Source: Podarcis cretensis
Lineage: Eukaryota
DNA: 64,000 bases
Assembly (NCBI GenBank): GCA_951804945.1
Contig: OX638156.1
Coordinates: 46,934,001-46,998,000, forward strand
Reading direction: 5' to 3'
The translations under genes were made by a program, and so were the position numbers. Under the pieces are notes generated by a model. It saw nothing but the letters and a program-made list of their open reading frames with translations, ran no database searches and had not been told where the DNA came from. Of this stretch, positions 52,701 through 64,000 are shown piece after piece (the first letter of the stretch is position 1; each line of letters opens with the position of its first letter).

Positions 52701-54082
52701 CCTAAGGCATCCGCTCTCATACCATGCCCACTGGTGTGAATGAAATGTAGTACAAGTTCCATACCTCAACAGGTGAATAAAAGGAATGTTAGGGATTGGA
52801 ACAGAAGAGCTTACATTCTAACCTGAGAAACACAGTAATCAATGTATTAATATGGTCATAGAATCTCTGCTGCAGACACAGAGTTTTCTATAGGCACACC
52901 AATGACTCTGTGTCAGTACTCCAGACATGCAAAGATTTTTTTTTTAATTGTGTGCATTGAGTAAGTCCCCCAACACATTAATAGAGAGCAGGCAAAGCCC
53001 TGCATTTGCAGATATCAGTATACTTTTAAGAAACCCAGAGAGCATTGAATTGTGCTTGCTATACAGGGAAATGTTTAAAAAATGATTTGCTAGGTTTTGT
53101 TACCCCTCTCTCCGTCTCAGCTCTTTTCAAAATTTCAACATGTCTGGTGGCAATAATAAATCTGAAAACCTCCTTGCAGCTTTGTTACAGGATCTTTCTT
53201 TGAAGTTATGGCCACATACATCATACTTTGTGACCTAGACAGCTTTTACTATATTTTTTCCCATTCCCTTCTCTCTTCTTTCTAGATGCCATCTAAACAA
53301 TTCAGCCTGAAGCATACCTAGATTGTGTTTTTAAAATGATCTCCGGGTGGAAATGGGCAACTGCAGTATTCATGACAAAAAATAAAATAAAATAAAATAA
53401 AAATCCTTTATTATTCAAGCACATCCCCTCCCTTCCAATGATTTCCCCAGCCGCTAAGAATGCTTCTCTAATTAGGTCCCACAAGCTCAAGGTAACCAAT
53501 TTACATGTTCCATGGAATACTTCGTTTTCCACACTACTCCAGTAATAACAAATCATTATCTACCTGGCTAAAGCAATTTAGACCTTATGATCTACATTAT
53601 ATAGAGAACTGGAACATATGCCATATCCATTCAGATATTTACAGATCAGATAAATCTGAAAAATAGTAATAGTTCTGCTCTTGGACATGTATTGCAGTGC
53701 ATCCTTATAAGAGTTTATTTTGGACAGAGACGTTCCACCAGAGGTATTGAAATATTCATGGGTACTCACATTCTACAAATACACATATTGATGACCATTA
53801 TAATAGACATTTAGCCATTGTATCCAATAAAGAGTTATTTGCCAAACATAATTAAATTTGGTAAAAATAAAAACCTATAGTTTTGTTCAGATCTTACAAC
53901 ACATCAAATGTAGGGAAAGGTAAAACCTATGAAAATTATGCAGTTTATAAATCTGTTACCTTGACTCTGTAATGGCTGAATTTCCACACACAGAGAAAGT
54001 CTTAGAAATTCTCAGAGAAAACCCTAAAAGTATGTTAGCAGAAATTTTGTTGACGTGGTAAACAAATGCTTTATATAGCCTT

Positions 54083-54275
54083 CATAGGAGCTAACTCCTA
54101 GGGGATGAGGTCCCTTCGCTCCCCCAATAAAATATTTGAGGGGCCACCCCCAAAAAACAGTTGATGGCCATCACCATTGAAATGGTGTGTGTGTGTGCAC
54201 CACATCTTCCGATCAATTATATGGGATGGGACTTACCTGCCCTCCCCAAATATTTTATTCAAGTTGGCACCCCTG
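54083..54275 (+). mobile_element. hAT-type MITE, 193 bp
   Basis: TSD ATAGCCTT / ATAGCCAT; ends CATAGGAGCTAACT / AGTTGGCACCCCTG. Confidence 0.8.
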
Positions 54276-54973
54276 ATAGCCATAGTGTTTTTCAGTTAAC
54301 TCTGCAAAGAAAATGATAGCTGTTTTCTTAAATGATTTTCAGGTTGCCTTGAACATTTTCAATATTTTTAAAAAGATGGTACCTTAAAGAGATCTGCGCT
54401 TTTAATGTCAAATGTGATTATTTATTTCTTGTACTTTTCCTCTCATTTATTTAGTATATTTGTATTTCTTGCAATTCTTCCATCACAAAACTCAAGGCAG
54501 CATAAGTCAGGTTCTCAAGTTGCCTCATGGCCAGAGCAAGACCTTCAGCAAGATGACTATGTCATGAACTATTCTCATGTTACATTCAGCAGGTATTCAG
54601 TCTGCATACAGAATAGCCAAGCTTTACATATTGACAAGTGTATGCTTTTCACAGCTTGCATTTGTGCTCAGTATAATGCGTGGATAAGCCTTCTGTTCCA
54701 GACATTAAGAGTAAAAGCCTCTTTGCAGAAATTAAAATTGATAAAAGACACTTGGACCATCACATATTAGAGGAAGCTAAACAGTACCTTGTTACATGAA
54801 GTGCTTTCTTTTCTATCTGAACATTTCTCTCACATATTTATTCCTCACAAACATTCCATTATAGGGACCACCCCAGCTGTTTCTGATTCTGATTTATGCT
54901 TTAACTTTCACCCTAATAGGCCTCAAGGTGGCTTACAGATTAAAAAAAATAATTAAAAACAAATCTTATAGGG

Positions 54974-55090
54974 TAAGGGTGCCAACTTGAATAAAATATT
55001 TGGGGCCCCCCAGGTAAGCCCCGCCCCAAATAATTGATCGCATGACATGATGCACAAAGACCCCTTGGCCCCTAGGAGTTGGCTCCAATG
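54974..55090 (-). mobile_element. hAT-type MITE, 117 bp, same family as 54083-54275, inverted
   Basis: Perfect TSD TTATAGGG (54966-54973, 55091-55098); GGGTGCCAACTTGAATAAAATATTTGGGG is the exact reverse complement of 54245-54273. Confidence 0.85.
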
Positions 55091-55098
55091 TTATAGGG

Positions 55099-55600
55099 CT
55101 TTATAGGTCATAGCCAGCACTTTGAATTGTGCCCAGAAACACACCAGTAGCCAGCAGAGGTGTTCTAGGAAGGGAGTCAGACGCTCCCTATAACCTGCCC
55201 CAGTCAGCAATCTGGCTGCAGCTCTTGGAGCCAGTTGAAGTTTCTGAGCACTTTTCAAAGACCGGCCCACACAGAGTGTGTTACAGTAATCCAAATGGGA
55301 TGTAACTAAGACGTGTGTCACTATGGCCAAATCAGACATATCTAGAAATGGGCGCACACCAGCTTTAACTGTACAAATGTGCTCTTGGTTACTGTCAAGA
55401 CCTGGGCATACAGTCTCAAGGCTGAGTCCAGGAACATGCCCAAACTGTGAATCTATTTCTTCAGGATGAGTGTTGCCCCATCCATCAAAGGCTGAATCCC
55501 TATTCCCTGTTCTGCTTTCTAGCTGACCAAGAGCACCTCGGTCTTGTCTGCATTTTATTTCAGTTTGTTTACCCTCATCCAGTCCATTACTAATCAGTTT
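55099..55600 (-). mobile_element. L2 LINE ORF2 3' fragment
   Basis: RPFLDMSDLAIVTHVLVTSHLDYCNTLCVG...KLQLAPRAAARLLTG...LCWLLVCFWAQFKVLAMTYKAL; upstream QTKMQTRPRCSW region corresponds to the KLNPDKTE motif. Confidence 0.85.
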
Positions 55601-57274
55601 AGAACAGATACAGCTTTAGTTTATTCACTGTCTACCCCAACACTCAAACGCCTGCTGCAGAGTAAATTTCAAGTCAATCTGTTTTCACAAACCCTTTTTG
55701 CACCTGGGTTTTTAGTTTGCTGCTAAATGTATTAAATAAAGTAGTCAGCTCAATTAAATATATCTAGCCTCAATCATTATTAACCAGGGCTAAAATATTG
55801 TACACACTTACCTAAAAATATGTTCCAGTGGGACTTGCTTCCACACACAGAATAGTACTGCTAAACACTGAGAAACAACAAAAAAGGGGGGGCTATGGTT
55901 TAATTTTTTATTTTGACTACTGCCTCTTTAGTCGCACAACATTCCATTAAGAAACACTTATTTTTTTTAATTAACTGTAAAATAAAATGCAGTAAACAAG
56001 CCCAATATTTTTCAGCATGAGATTTGCAGTGTTAGATTTATCTTTTATGTGCCGTAGGGAAAATATGTTAACTTGCTTTTCTGGAGAAAGCTTGCTAAAT
56101 GTTTGATAATGAAATTAATATTTTGTTTTCCTTTTCTCCTTAATCTTGAAGTATGAGTAAACCTCTGGTCAAGGGAACAAATGAGGTTGCTTCATTCAAT
56201 TTATTACTGTAAATATTTTATGTTAAAAGTGCAATTTGTGTTTATATATGACTATCCACTTAAGGAACACATATTGCTGATGAAAACAATAATCTACCAC
56301 CAAAAAAAAAAAAAAATTACAGAGAACATTATCGTAATGAAAAGCTAAAAACAAGCCCAATCAATAGATCAGCAACAGTTAAGTACTATGGTGCCACATG
56401 GCTGTTTCTTGAGTACTATGCCATATAATAACTCAAAGAACTAAAACACACCAAATATATGGTATTCTAAGCCATTGTCCATATTGGCTGTGTGAGAGAG
56501 ATTGAATATTTATGTTTCTGCCTTATATTTATCTCATTTATTGACTACACTTCCATTCTGCCTGTTTGTCAAAGCACTTAAGGAGCCTAATATTTTATAT
56601 TAATGGTTCAGGAGACTCTTCATCAACCTGGTGCCCTCTAGATGCTTTGGACTATAGCCCTCAATAGCCCTAGTCAGCACAGTTCTGCAAGGTGGGGCAG
56701 ATGGGAACTGTAATCCAAAAATCTGGTGGGGACCAGGTTGTTGAAGTCTGGAAAAAACATGATGAAAACAGGAATGAAAGGGAAGGGAAGGGAACTATAC
56801 ACATTCACACACACCTTATGATCACACACCTGGAATGAATACGCATTGCATGATTATAGACGAGCACTCACAAATTCATTAATTGAACACAGCACACATG
56901 GTGCATGAGACTAGGGCACAGTCTGCCCCATACAATTAAAAGTGTATAGTAACATTTTAAACAGTCATGGCTCCCCTGAAAGAATCCTAGTTGGTTAAGA
57001 AAGCTGAGAGTTGATGGGAGACCCTATTCTCCTCACAGAGCTACAATTCCAAGAGTGGTTTAATCCTGAATCTCTATTCCCATGGAATTCTAATGATTGC
57101 AGCTCTGTGGAGTCCACAAATGGGAAACTACTACTGAGAATGCCCTGTCACAAACCAGTGCCATCTGGTGCTGTTCTTGGAGTCCTAGGTGAACATTTAA
57201 AAACAGTATCTGAACAGCAGCCTGAACACATACCCAGATCACGCAGTCACATTTTTCTCCACTATAGTGAAGTA

Positions 57275-57516
57275 CAGTGGTACCTCGGGTTACATACGCT
57301 TCAGGTTACATACGCTTCAGGTTACAGACTCTGCTAACCCAGAAATAGTGCTTCAGGTTAAGAACTTTGCTTCAGGATGAGAACAGAAATCGTGTGGCAG
57401 CGGCGCAGCGGCAGCAGGAGGCCCCATTAGCTAAAGTGGTGCTTCAGGTTAAGAACAGTTTCAGGTTAAGTACGGACCTCTGGAACGAATTAAGTACTTA
57501 ACCCGAGGTACCACTG
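57275..57516. mobile_element. Tc1/mariner (pogo/Tigger-like) MITE, 242 bp
   Basis: TA|CAGTGGTACCTCGGGTTA ... TAACCCGAGGTACCACTG|TA with perfect 18-bp TIRs. Confidence 0.93.
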
Positions 57517-58483
57517 TACTATTTAAATTATAGTAATTATGCCTACATTTATATCATTACATTTCAATTAATATATGCACATTTTAATGTAAATCTGCAT
57601 CCTCTTTTGTCCTTCTTTGCTTTGAGAAGAGGTGATGTGTAAGTGATCATCCAACAAGCTGTTGAATTTTATCCTCTTTATAACATGGCTGTATTCACTA
57701 GTGGTTAAAATAAAGAAGAAGAAAAACAAGGGTAAGTAAGGCCCCCTCTGTAATTCCATACATATCTTCAGCTGGAGAAAACAAAGAGCTGTGTTTGACC
57801 TTTCATCTAACTTCTCTGTTTCCAGCAAGTTGTCCTGACAGTTTCTATCATTTTCACATGAAAACCCCAAATCCACAATTCACTACAAGCATATTAGAGC
57901 AATCTAAGACATTTTGAATTTTACTGAAGCCATTACAGGCAAGTTATTTTTCAGAGTGTGGCACATATTGTAAAGTAACACTTCCTCTTTGATTGCAAAG
58001 GACTGTAAACAAAGCCACAAGGTTCTCAGCTCACTGCCAAAAACATTCTTATGCGAAATATCATTCCCCAATTTTGCAATAAAGATTACATTGAGTAAAG
58101 AAAATATGCCTACAAATTGGTTTAGTGTAATATATACTTTTAATATCCGGAAGAAAATACAAAGAGCAGAATGGATTTTCAAAACAATGCAGTAATTCTT
58201 CAGTGTATGAATGTCAAACTACTTAATCCTACCGGATTTTATAAACAAAACAAAAAAGCATGTAACAAATTATTGTATTCAGTTATGTTAATGAAAAAAA
58301 GTTTCAAGGGAGATTCCACCCCCTTCAAATCAAACCTCCCATAATTCTGTTCAGCAGCTTGCTAATGAATATGAATCACTGAGGGCAATGGAGCCAGATG
58401 TAGTATCGGGAGAAAAAAAACATTTCTGTATTAAAGTTTCATAAAATATTATGGTGAAAATGCCCAAATTGTAGGTCAGAGTC

Positions 58484-58680
58484 TAGTGTGGTGCAGTGGA
58501 CAGAGTGTTGGACTAGGAGAGCAAGGTTCAAATCTCCACTCAGATAGGATGCTCACTATGTGAGCTTGGGCCAATCACTATCGCTCAGCCTAACCTGCCT
58601 CTCAGGGTTGTTGCAAGGATAAAATACAAAGGGGGCAGCAGACATAACCTGTTAGAGAAAAAGGTGGGATATAAATGTGG
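58484..58680 (+). mobile_element. MIR-like tRNA-derived SINE (older copy)
   Basis: AGTGTGGTGCAGTGGACAGAGTGTTGGACTAGG (A box)...GGTTCAAATCT (B box)...CTCAGCCTAACCTGCCTCTCAGGGTTGTTG core. Confidence 0.75.
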
Positions 58681-59180
58681 TGAAAAAGATGATGATGTTG
58701 ACAATTGGGTTGTGTCATTGCAGTAAGGCAAGATGCACCATTGAAATACTTTAACCACTGACTTTTTTCTCATCTGACAGAAATTTGATCCTCTCCTCCC
58801 AGCCCAATGCTGTGATGGGGAGGAAAATTCTCTCTGTGTACCTTTCAAATACACCTTTGTCCTGGTTCAACACCATTGCTAGGCAGTATAAGCACCCAGG
58901 AAAAAGGAAAGGATGGTCTGGAGCTGTCAAGAGGGAGTGTGGTGGTTTGGCAGAGAGAAGGGAAGAAGGAGAAGCAGGCAGACAGCCTGTGTCTTTTCCT
59001 CACAGCCACTTGTTTAATTGGGATTTAATGAAACAATGTGCAAGGCCTCCAATTCAGTTTGGGGCCTGGATCCTGAATAAACACTCCCAAACCTCTACCA
59101 ATTCATTACATGCATAGGCAATTCATGTTGCAAGATCAGGTTCCCAAAGAGTACCCTTAATCCAATATTTTGTTGCTTAC

Positions 59181-59645
59181 ATCTGTCTGTCTCAAAAGAC
59201 AGTGGAGAGCACCTCCGGGGGCAAAGTCAAACCACTGCATTAGCAGGACTGAAGTGACCTCCCTGAAGCACAAATCTGGGCAGTGTATATGAAGTCCCTG
59301 GGCTGACAAGGCCTCCCTCTCAGCCTCACTGATGTGGTTCAAAGGAAATCAGAGCACTAGCATGCCTGCAGGAGTTGCCGGAATGAGGCGTATAAGGCAC
59401 CATCCAACTGCCTTAGGGACTCCACTCTGAATTTGTATATAAGTTACTCCTTAGCCTCTTAGCTTCCTGGAGATGTCCCACAAGGCAATGGGTATTGATT
59501 TTTCCTTGGGGTTACTCCTGAACGCTTTTTTATGAATGAGTATAGCCACAAGACAGCAGAGGTTTAGGACCAAATTTTCCTTCTCTTGGATGGGCTATCT
59601 TTGCAGGTTGATGATCCCTCACTTCCCTCTACAGCACATGCAGTC
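59181..59645 (-). mobile_element. Interspersed repeat resembling an RTE-LINE 5' region or RTE-related non-autonomous element
   Basis: TTTCCTTCTCTTGGATGGGCTATCTTTGCAGGTTGATGATCCC resembles the recalled RTE 5'-UTR motif (reverse strand); internal imperfect duplication TTACTCCT...CACAAG. Confidence 0.45.
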
Positions 59646-59775
59646 CAAGAGCTTTGGATATTTCCCCTCTGAATCTTAAATTATCTTTCTTGCCCTGAAT
59701 GAAGCCAATTGTGAACCAATCAGGAAAGTGCAACTCCCAAGATTATGAAGTGGGCAGGAAAGGAGAGTCCCAAGG

Positions 59776-59902
59776 CAGGGCTTTTTTTCCAACTGGAACT
59801 CAGTTCCAGCACCTCTCAGGTGGGCGCCATTGCCATTATAAGGGAACAAGGGGGGCATTCATGGTGAGTTCCAGCACCTCTTTTCCTAGAAAAATAGCAC
59901 TG
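59776..59902. mobile_element. hAT-type MITE, 127 bp
   Basis: TIRs CAGGGCTTTTTTTC / GAAAAATAGCACTG; flanking duplication CCCAAGG(C); internal direct repeat AGTTCCAGCACCTCT. Confidence 0.75.
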
Positions 59903-60439
59903 CCCAAGGCTAATCAGAGGCTCCCCCCATAATTCCTACTCAGCCCCCTAAGAGGTGACTAACCAATGCTCATACTACAGGCAGGGAGATCACTGTAAGA
60001 AGATCAGGGAGTTAGAGGAGGAGCCAGCTTAAATAGCCTGATTTTCCTTTCAATCACTATGGCAAATGAAACACGTGTGCCTCTCCTACTCCTCCATTGG
60101 GCAAAACCACCCTGAATCTTCTTACTGGGGAACTTTCATGTGGTGAATTTGCCCCCATGCAATGGTGGGAGCAGCAAAGTAGAAAAATGCCTTGGGATCA
60201 GACACGCACACAGTGCTTGGTGGGGTTGAAAGTGGGTTGCTTGTTGGGGGGGGGGGAGGCAGGGAGGGATTCTTATTTTTCTGTTTTGACTCTTGAATCT
60301 ATTGTCAGAAAAAAAGCTATACAAATATTTCTGGCAGGGACTGATACTGACTCTAAATCCATCTGCACATGCCTTTATTGTACATGGATTCCAACTGTAT
60401 GAAAAAATCTTTGATGCAAGAGTCATCAAATTATATGTA

Positions 60440-60877
60440 CTGTATTTTGACGCACCAGACCATAAGACGCACCTAGTTTTTGGAGGAGGAAAACAAGAAA
60501 AAAAAATATTCTGAATCCCAGAAGCCAGAACTATAAGAAGGATCTGCCTTCTGGGATAGCCTCTTGCTATTCTGGCTTCTGGAATAGTCGCGCGAAGCCT
60601 CTTCAGGGCAGCGGGATGAAGGCTCCCCCTGCCCTCAAGAGGCTTCGCACGACTAAGCCAGAAGCCAGGGCAGCAAGATGGATCGCTGCGCAGTGAAGGC
60701 TCCTCCAAGAGCCGTGCTCCCTTTAAAGAGGGGGGGAAAGCCCCACATGCTCCACACGGCTCTTTAAAGGGAGCACTGAGCAGAGCCTCCCACCTGCATT
60801 CGCTCCATAAGATGCACACACATTTCCCCTTACTTTTTAGGAGGGGAAAAGTGTGTCTTATAGAGCAAAAAATACGG
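60440..60877. mobile_element. Tc2-like MITE, 438 bp, longer sister of 367-625
   Basis: TA|CTGTATTTT ... TCTTATAGAGCAAAAAATACGG|TA; shares CTGAATCCCAGAAGCCAGAA and GCATTCGCTCCATAAGA blocks (reverse complement) with 367-625. Confidence 0.85.
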
Positions 60878-63627
60878 TATACACATTTTGTGTTTTTGTG
60901 TTTTTTTAAATTTGTGCTTGCCAAAAATTGGCAGAAAAGAATTGTTTGACACATGTGAACCCCAATGAGTGAATGACTACACTTTATCCCTCTGGGAGAG
61001 ACTATCTAATGTTGCCCCAGAAATGTCTTATTTCTATACATCTTTAGTTGCATTTAGCTAACCCTGTTGGAAAAGGTGTGGAGAAATTTCTGGGCAAATG
61101 TAGCACTGAAAGAGTAAAATCCACTTCTGAAAAGAAAACAGAATAAGCTTATAAACTGCAAATGAATGACTTGCCTTCAAAGGTGAGTTGAGAGTGTAAT
61201 TTCTAATTAACTTTATACTGTATTTCTGAAAGGTAAACTTATTGCACTATTGTGCAGATGTGGGATGGAGTGATTCGAGAGACAACCTCATGGACACAAA
61301 AACTCTAAATATTATTATTTTATTGTGAAGTGCTTATTACATTTATCCCCTTATGCAGTTCCTAATCAAATTTACTATATGCTCTTCTATTAAAAAATAT
61401 TAAATATGTCCTGTTTTGCCCCACCTCCATAACAGTGTTCCCAATCAAATAATTGGGTTGTAAGAGATTTTTTTTTAAGCATAAAAATCCCCCAAGGAAG
61501 CCATAAAACATTCCATTTGATTATCTTTACAAATCTTATTTGATTGCTTTAATAATGGAGTCCCATGATGCCATTGTTTCAGAACTTTCCTGCCAGGTAC
61601 AAAGCAATTACTATGTATGTAACAACCCAACGTGTGTGTTTTTCAACTTACAATGAGAAATATATCTTTCAATTCATGATTGTGTTGTAGATGGAGCTAT
61701 TATGTATGGCTGCAATTATAACACCCATGCTGGGAGTATTATATTATAAAACAGTTCCGATAGTCAAGAGGTGCCTGCTTATATTCCAAAGGCAGTGCTG
61801 AAGAAATAAAAGCAATTTTGGGCAGCCTGATTCTATGAGTTGATTTCATCTTCTGGAAAGAAAACAAAGTAATTTTCACTAGTGATCTCTCTGAAATTCT
61901 CATCAAAATGTATCCCCAGATTTGGGAGTTCTGAATTACTTGGTCTTATTTCTGAAATGAAACTGTTGCACTAAGGATGACAAAACTGCCAATTTCAGTT
62001 TCTCTAACTTCCACACACATCCTGTCTTACATTAATTTGTCCCATTTGCACAACAATGTTTGTTATTTAAAAAAATGTATGGAATTCTGCACACACTTTT
62101 TGCATGCATTTTTAACATTCACACTATTAAGCAATTTTAACTAATGTACACTTCTGATTTTTTTAACATTTCTGTCTAATAGAATGCAATATTAATGTTA
62201 TTTTCACTATTATATGCATTTATAGCACATTTTTGCTTGAAGTCTGTAGTAAAATTCAGGGAAGTGCAAATTTCAGTAGATATCACTGTTTCAGTTTGCA
62301 GATTGGCTTGGTAAGTGTGAATTGAACTGTGTATATTTCTCCCACTCCTCCTAAATATGAATCTACATTTATATTGTGTTATACTTTCAGATTCTAGACA
62401 AAGTATGCACAGTTTGCCCAAGCTTTCAGTTAAGGCTGGTTCAAATTTCCAAAAATGGGAACTGATGTCCTTCTCCTTCTTTTTGCTTTCGGAAATTTCT
62501 ATCACTTGTCTTGCTGAGTATTACCAGGAAGGGTAGCTATGGAAAGAGTCTTTTGCCATATCCCACTAGTCAAATATCCCAGGATGCATTGGGAGAGTTG
62601 TGCTGCATGCTAGTGCTTCTACTGGGTGATGAAAATAAAGACTCGGTTTCTTGTTACTCCCTTATGAGCCTCACCAACTCAGGGGACAACCAATGATACT
62701 TCTGCAAAGGATCTCAGGGTTTTGGGGGTCCCTAAGCTACCCTGAACCTAAGTTGCTCAGGGCTTTGTTCAAAGACCTTGAACCTGGCTCAGAAGTAGCT
62801 GCTGGCCAGTGCATATATTTTAACAATGATGTCATGTGGTGTTAAACATGCCCCCATCAGCAATCTAGCCATCACATTTTGCACCAGCTGGAGCTTTCAA
62901 ACCAGGCTGGAGGGTAGTCCCACATGCCACACATGGACTACAATGGCCCCATATGAACTGAGTGAACACTTCTCAGAACACTCCTCAGTGCAAGAACTGC
63001 ATGACAAATATGTAAGACTTCCACAGGTGATGTGTTCATGTGGAAAGGATTCCCTGATATATAGAAGCTTGGAAACATCTGTGTTAGTGCAAAGCTTTGC
63101 CATCTCAAAGATTTGGGGCTTAGAACATAATATATAGGGAATTCTGAAGAGGCTGTTTGGAAGATGATACATTTCACGTATTCAGACTAATCCAAATACA
63201 TGAGCCCAAAGGTCTCTGACTAAGCTGTATTGAGTAATCTATGCCTGCCAGGACTGACCCAGGCTATTAGAAAAAAAGTGTTTCAGAACAACAAAGCAAG
63301 AAAGAGAAACTAAATTATAAGCCCTCCTCTTGATCTTTGGTGACAGATCATTCATTATATAGCCTGTGGGGCGGAGATGAATCATTTTATGATAATCACT
63401 TTATGCAACAATTTAAAAATGGTTATATATCAAACACAGGCAGCTTCCCTAATTCCATTTGCAGGGGATGAATTCTAGGAGAACATTTCCCAGGTGTGTG
63501 CACGAGTGAGTGAGAGATTGATTGATTGAGAGAGAGATGGGGGGGGGGTTGAAAATATGGATAGTGGCTTGGGCAGAGGGAGAAGCCGCACATTTACCTT
63601 TGTGTAAGGAATTATTGTAATTGTTCG

Positions 63628-63842
63628 TTTATTTGTTGCACTTGCACCCCACCTTTTATTTTCTCCAGGGAGCTCAAGGTGGTGTGCATGGTTCTCCCTC
63701 TCCTCAACAACAACCCTGTGAAGTCAGTTAGGCTGAGAGTAGTGACTGGCCGAAGGCCACCCCAAGTTACAGCTGAGTTGTGCCTGGAATCCTCACCTCC
63801 CAGGTCCTAGTCAGACCCTCTACCCACCACACCACACCGGCT
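63628..63842 (-). mobile_element. MIR-like tRNA-derived SINE
   Basis: CAACAACCCTGTGAAGTCAGTTAGGCTGAGAG...GACTGGCCGAAGGCCACCC...CCACCACACCACACCGG; reverse orientation of the 58484 family. Confidence 0.75.
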
Positions 63843-64000
63843 TTCATTTTGCAAGACTGAAAATTCCACGGGCTTATTGTTTCACTGGAACAAAATCTCA
63901 CCATCCAGGAAATGGTCCAGTCAGGGACCAGCAGTGCACTCTAGTCAGAGTGGATGCTGAGTCAAGTGATGACAGGAGAAGTGAAGGGTAAAGTGAAAAG

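Noticed and set aside
57286-57325. 16-bp periodic repeats resembling a CRISPR or iteron array (also 7022-7065 and 39245-39290)
   Set aside because: Subterminal repeats inside TA-flanked MITEs in a eukaryotic genome; no unique spacers and no cas genes
60136-60954. 272-aa ORF, the longest in the window
   Set aside because: Runs through a GC-rich MITE and its flanks; no transposase or other domain motifs

Overview
AT-rich vertebrate genomic DNA, most likely from a squamate reptile (probably a lacertid lizard). This is inferred from the repeat complement: Sauria SINEs, Bov-B (RTE) LINEs, L2/CR1 relics and squamate-type MITEs. I recognise no host protein-coding exon, rRNA, true tRNA or CRISPR array, so the window reads as a large intron or gene desert. 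It contains (i) three 5'-truncated Bov-B copies, two Sauria SINEs and several MIR-like tRNA SINEs; (ii) old L2 fragments (endonuclease and RT parts) interrupted by LTR-like and MITE insertions; (iii) many Tc1/mariner-pogo-type (TA TSD) and hAT-type (8-bp TSD) MITEs; (iv) microsatellites; (v) repeat-free, motif-dense stretches that may be enhancers. The most unusual object is a complete 2.1-kb poly(A) retroelement at 25668-27774 with a 19-bp TSD. It has a CpG-rich 5' UTR, an intact 214-aa L1-ORF1-like reading frame and only the extreme C-terminus of an L1 ORF2, i.e. a non-autonomous 'half-L1'-like element. Family names come from recalled sequence features, not from database searches.
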